Source: a virus
Lineage: Duplodnaviria; Caudoviricetes
DNA length: 56,845 bases
Strand: one strand, 5' to 3'
Virus record (IMG/VR): IMGVR_UViG_3300036985_002500
Coordinates: 1-56,845 of that record
Shown piece by piece: positions 55,593-56,845 of this stretch. Positions within the stretch are counted from its first letter, which is position 1. The number at the start of each line of letters is the position of its first letter. The notes under the pieces are model-generated. The model made no database searches and had not been told where the DNA came from. It was given only the letters and a program-made list of their open reading frames with translations. A program made the position numbers and the translations under genes.

Positions 55593-56166
55593 ATTTCAAT
55601 TTTATTGTTCGGTACAAATATATAACAAAAAACATAAAATCTATTTAAAGTGTTACCACTCTTGCAGGTACAGTCTGTTACCACTAATGTGACACTTAAC
55701 TATTTGGTAATCAGTAACATAAAGAAAAAATCCTTTATTAGTTTATTCCCCACTTGCTTATATGGAAGAAATAAATTAAAAGTAGTCTATATATAAATCA
55801 ATGTAAACGTAGTTTATCTTGGTTATATTGTGACGTACGACAATGCCAGTTATTGTGATTAAATTGTATGCGTAGTCAAGTACCCGTAATTAGTACTACT
55901 ATCCCCTACCCCATTATAATTCCTTATATCTGCCCATTATAATTCCCTATATATGCCCACCTTAAATATTCTTTGGTTTCCCATGGTTTTTTTATTCTGT
56001 GTCTACAGAGGACTTACACATGTATATATATCCCCTCCCCATTTCAAAAGGAAAGATCAGTTTAAAATCATTCAACTAAATTCATAGGTAACTATCTTTA
56101 ACTATTCCTTTCGTTCAACTATTCCCGTAGTTATTCCCGTTTTACTTATGGTACATTATACCATAT

Positions 56167-56363
56167 CTTATTTAGATTCATTCTAAATAGCTGATTTCCA
56201 GATCTTTTTTCCCATTTTGAGAATGTTTCCCAAATTGAGAATATCACTCACTTACCTTATTTAGAATCATTCTAGATAACGATGGTAACTTTGCTTATAG
56301 TAAAAAAATACCACATTACCTAATTTAACGTAAAAAAAAACCTTATTTAGAATCATTATTGAT
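56167..56363. promoter_or_regulatory. Three palindromic Fur-box-like operators
   Basis: 19-mers at 56170, 56259 and 56345, all preceded by CTT, upstream of TATATTTG (56420-27). Confidence 0.55.
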
Positions 56364-56607
56364 TATACATTTTTTTTAAAATAAGTAAAATTTTATGTTA
56401 TTTATCCAAAGTAGTTTTGTATATTTGTACTCGTAGGGCGTAGGTATTTTAAGCCCTTTATACAGAGAATGGTCAAAAATTGACGTGACCAAGTACTGCC
56501 CATTGGTGAATCCTGCCTAGAGAAATTAGATTTTCAATAAATGGTTTTTCAATGGGAAAGGTATGTTTAAAAATGTAATTTAATTAATAACTATAAATAA
56601 TACGATT

Positions 56608-56845
56608 ATGAAAAAAGTAAATTTAAAATTCGAACAAGTACAAAGTACTAAGAAAATTGAAACATTGGTAAGTGCGAATACTCGCCAATTAGAGTACAAA
56701 GAAACAGACGAGGCGATAAAAATTGTTTGTGAAATTGTTACGGCTGTTAATCAATCTATTCAATTCGCAAAGCAAATGAAAGTTAATAACTTTGTTTTGG
56801 GCGGACAAAAATTCTTTATCAACAAAAAATTTAATTTGTACGTTT
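56608..56845 (+). CDS. Hypothetical protein, truncated by the window end (MKKVNLKFEQ...)
   Basis: Open to the end of the window, downstream of a promoter. Confidence 0.6.
   Translation, partial: MKKVNLKFEQVQSTKKIETLVSANTRQLEYKETDEAIKIVCEIVTAVNQSIQFAKQMKVNNFVLGGQKFFINKKFNLYV

Noticed and set aside
56323-56350. ATTTAACGTAA as a dif/XerD arm
   Set aside because: No XerC-like arm at 6-bp spacing
1-56845. Terminal redundancy or prophage att sites
   Set aside because: The window ends do not match, the last ORF is truncated, and no integrase or host genes are seen

Overview
This window is most of the genome of an AT-rich tailed dsDNA phage, with no host-like genes. Repeated TAnnTTTG promoter elements point to a Bacteroidota (probably Flavobacteriia) host. 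The left arm (1-12.7 kb, + strand) carries many small accessory ORFs plus Rad52/Sak-like annealase, DnaB, C5 DNA methylase, MazG-like pyrophosphatase, DUF1064-like nuclease, SSB and two aberrant tRNA-like genes. The right arm (12.8-55.6 kb, mostly - strand) carries a lysis cassette, three paralogous beta-helix tail spikes, three ejection proteins (one of 2930 aa with GNAT and ART-like domains), a 1501-aa tail protein, three ring-like proteins, capsid, scaffold, portal, large terminase, a metallophosphoesterase and an HNH nuclease. The layout is podovirus/crAss-like, but I see no virion RNA polymerase, DNA polymerase or integrase. Most notable: (1) an integron-like attC-bounded cassette (11805-12200) whose ORF starts inside the upstream site and reads in frame across the crossover; (2) four Fur-box-like palindromes; (3) a small-gene array delimited by a 19-bp repeat; (4) several candidate structured ncRNAs. 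All product calls come from motif recognition and gene context, not database searches.
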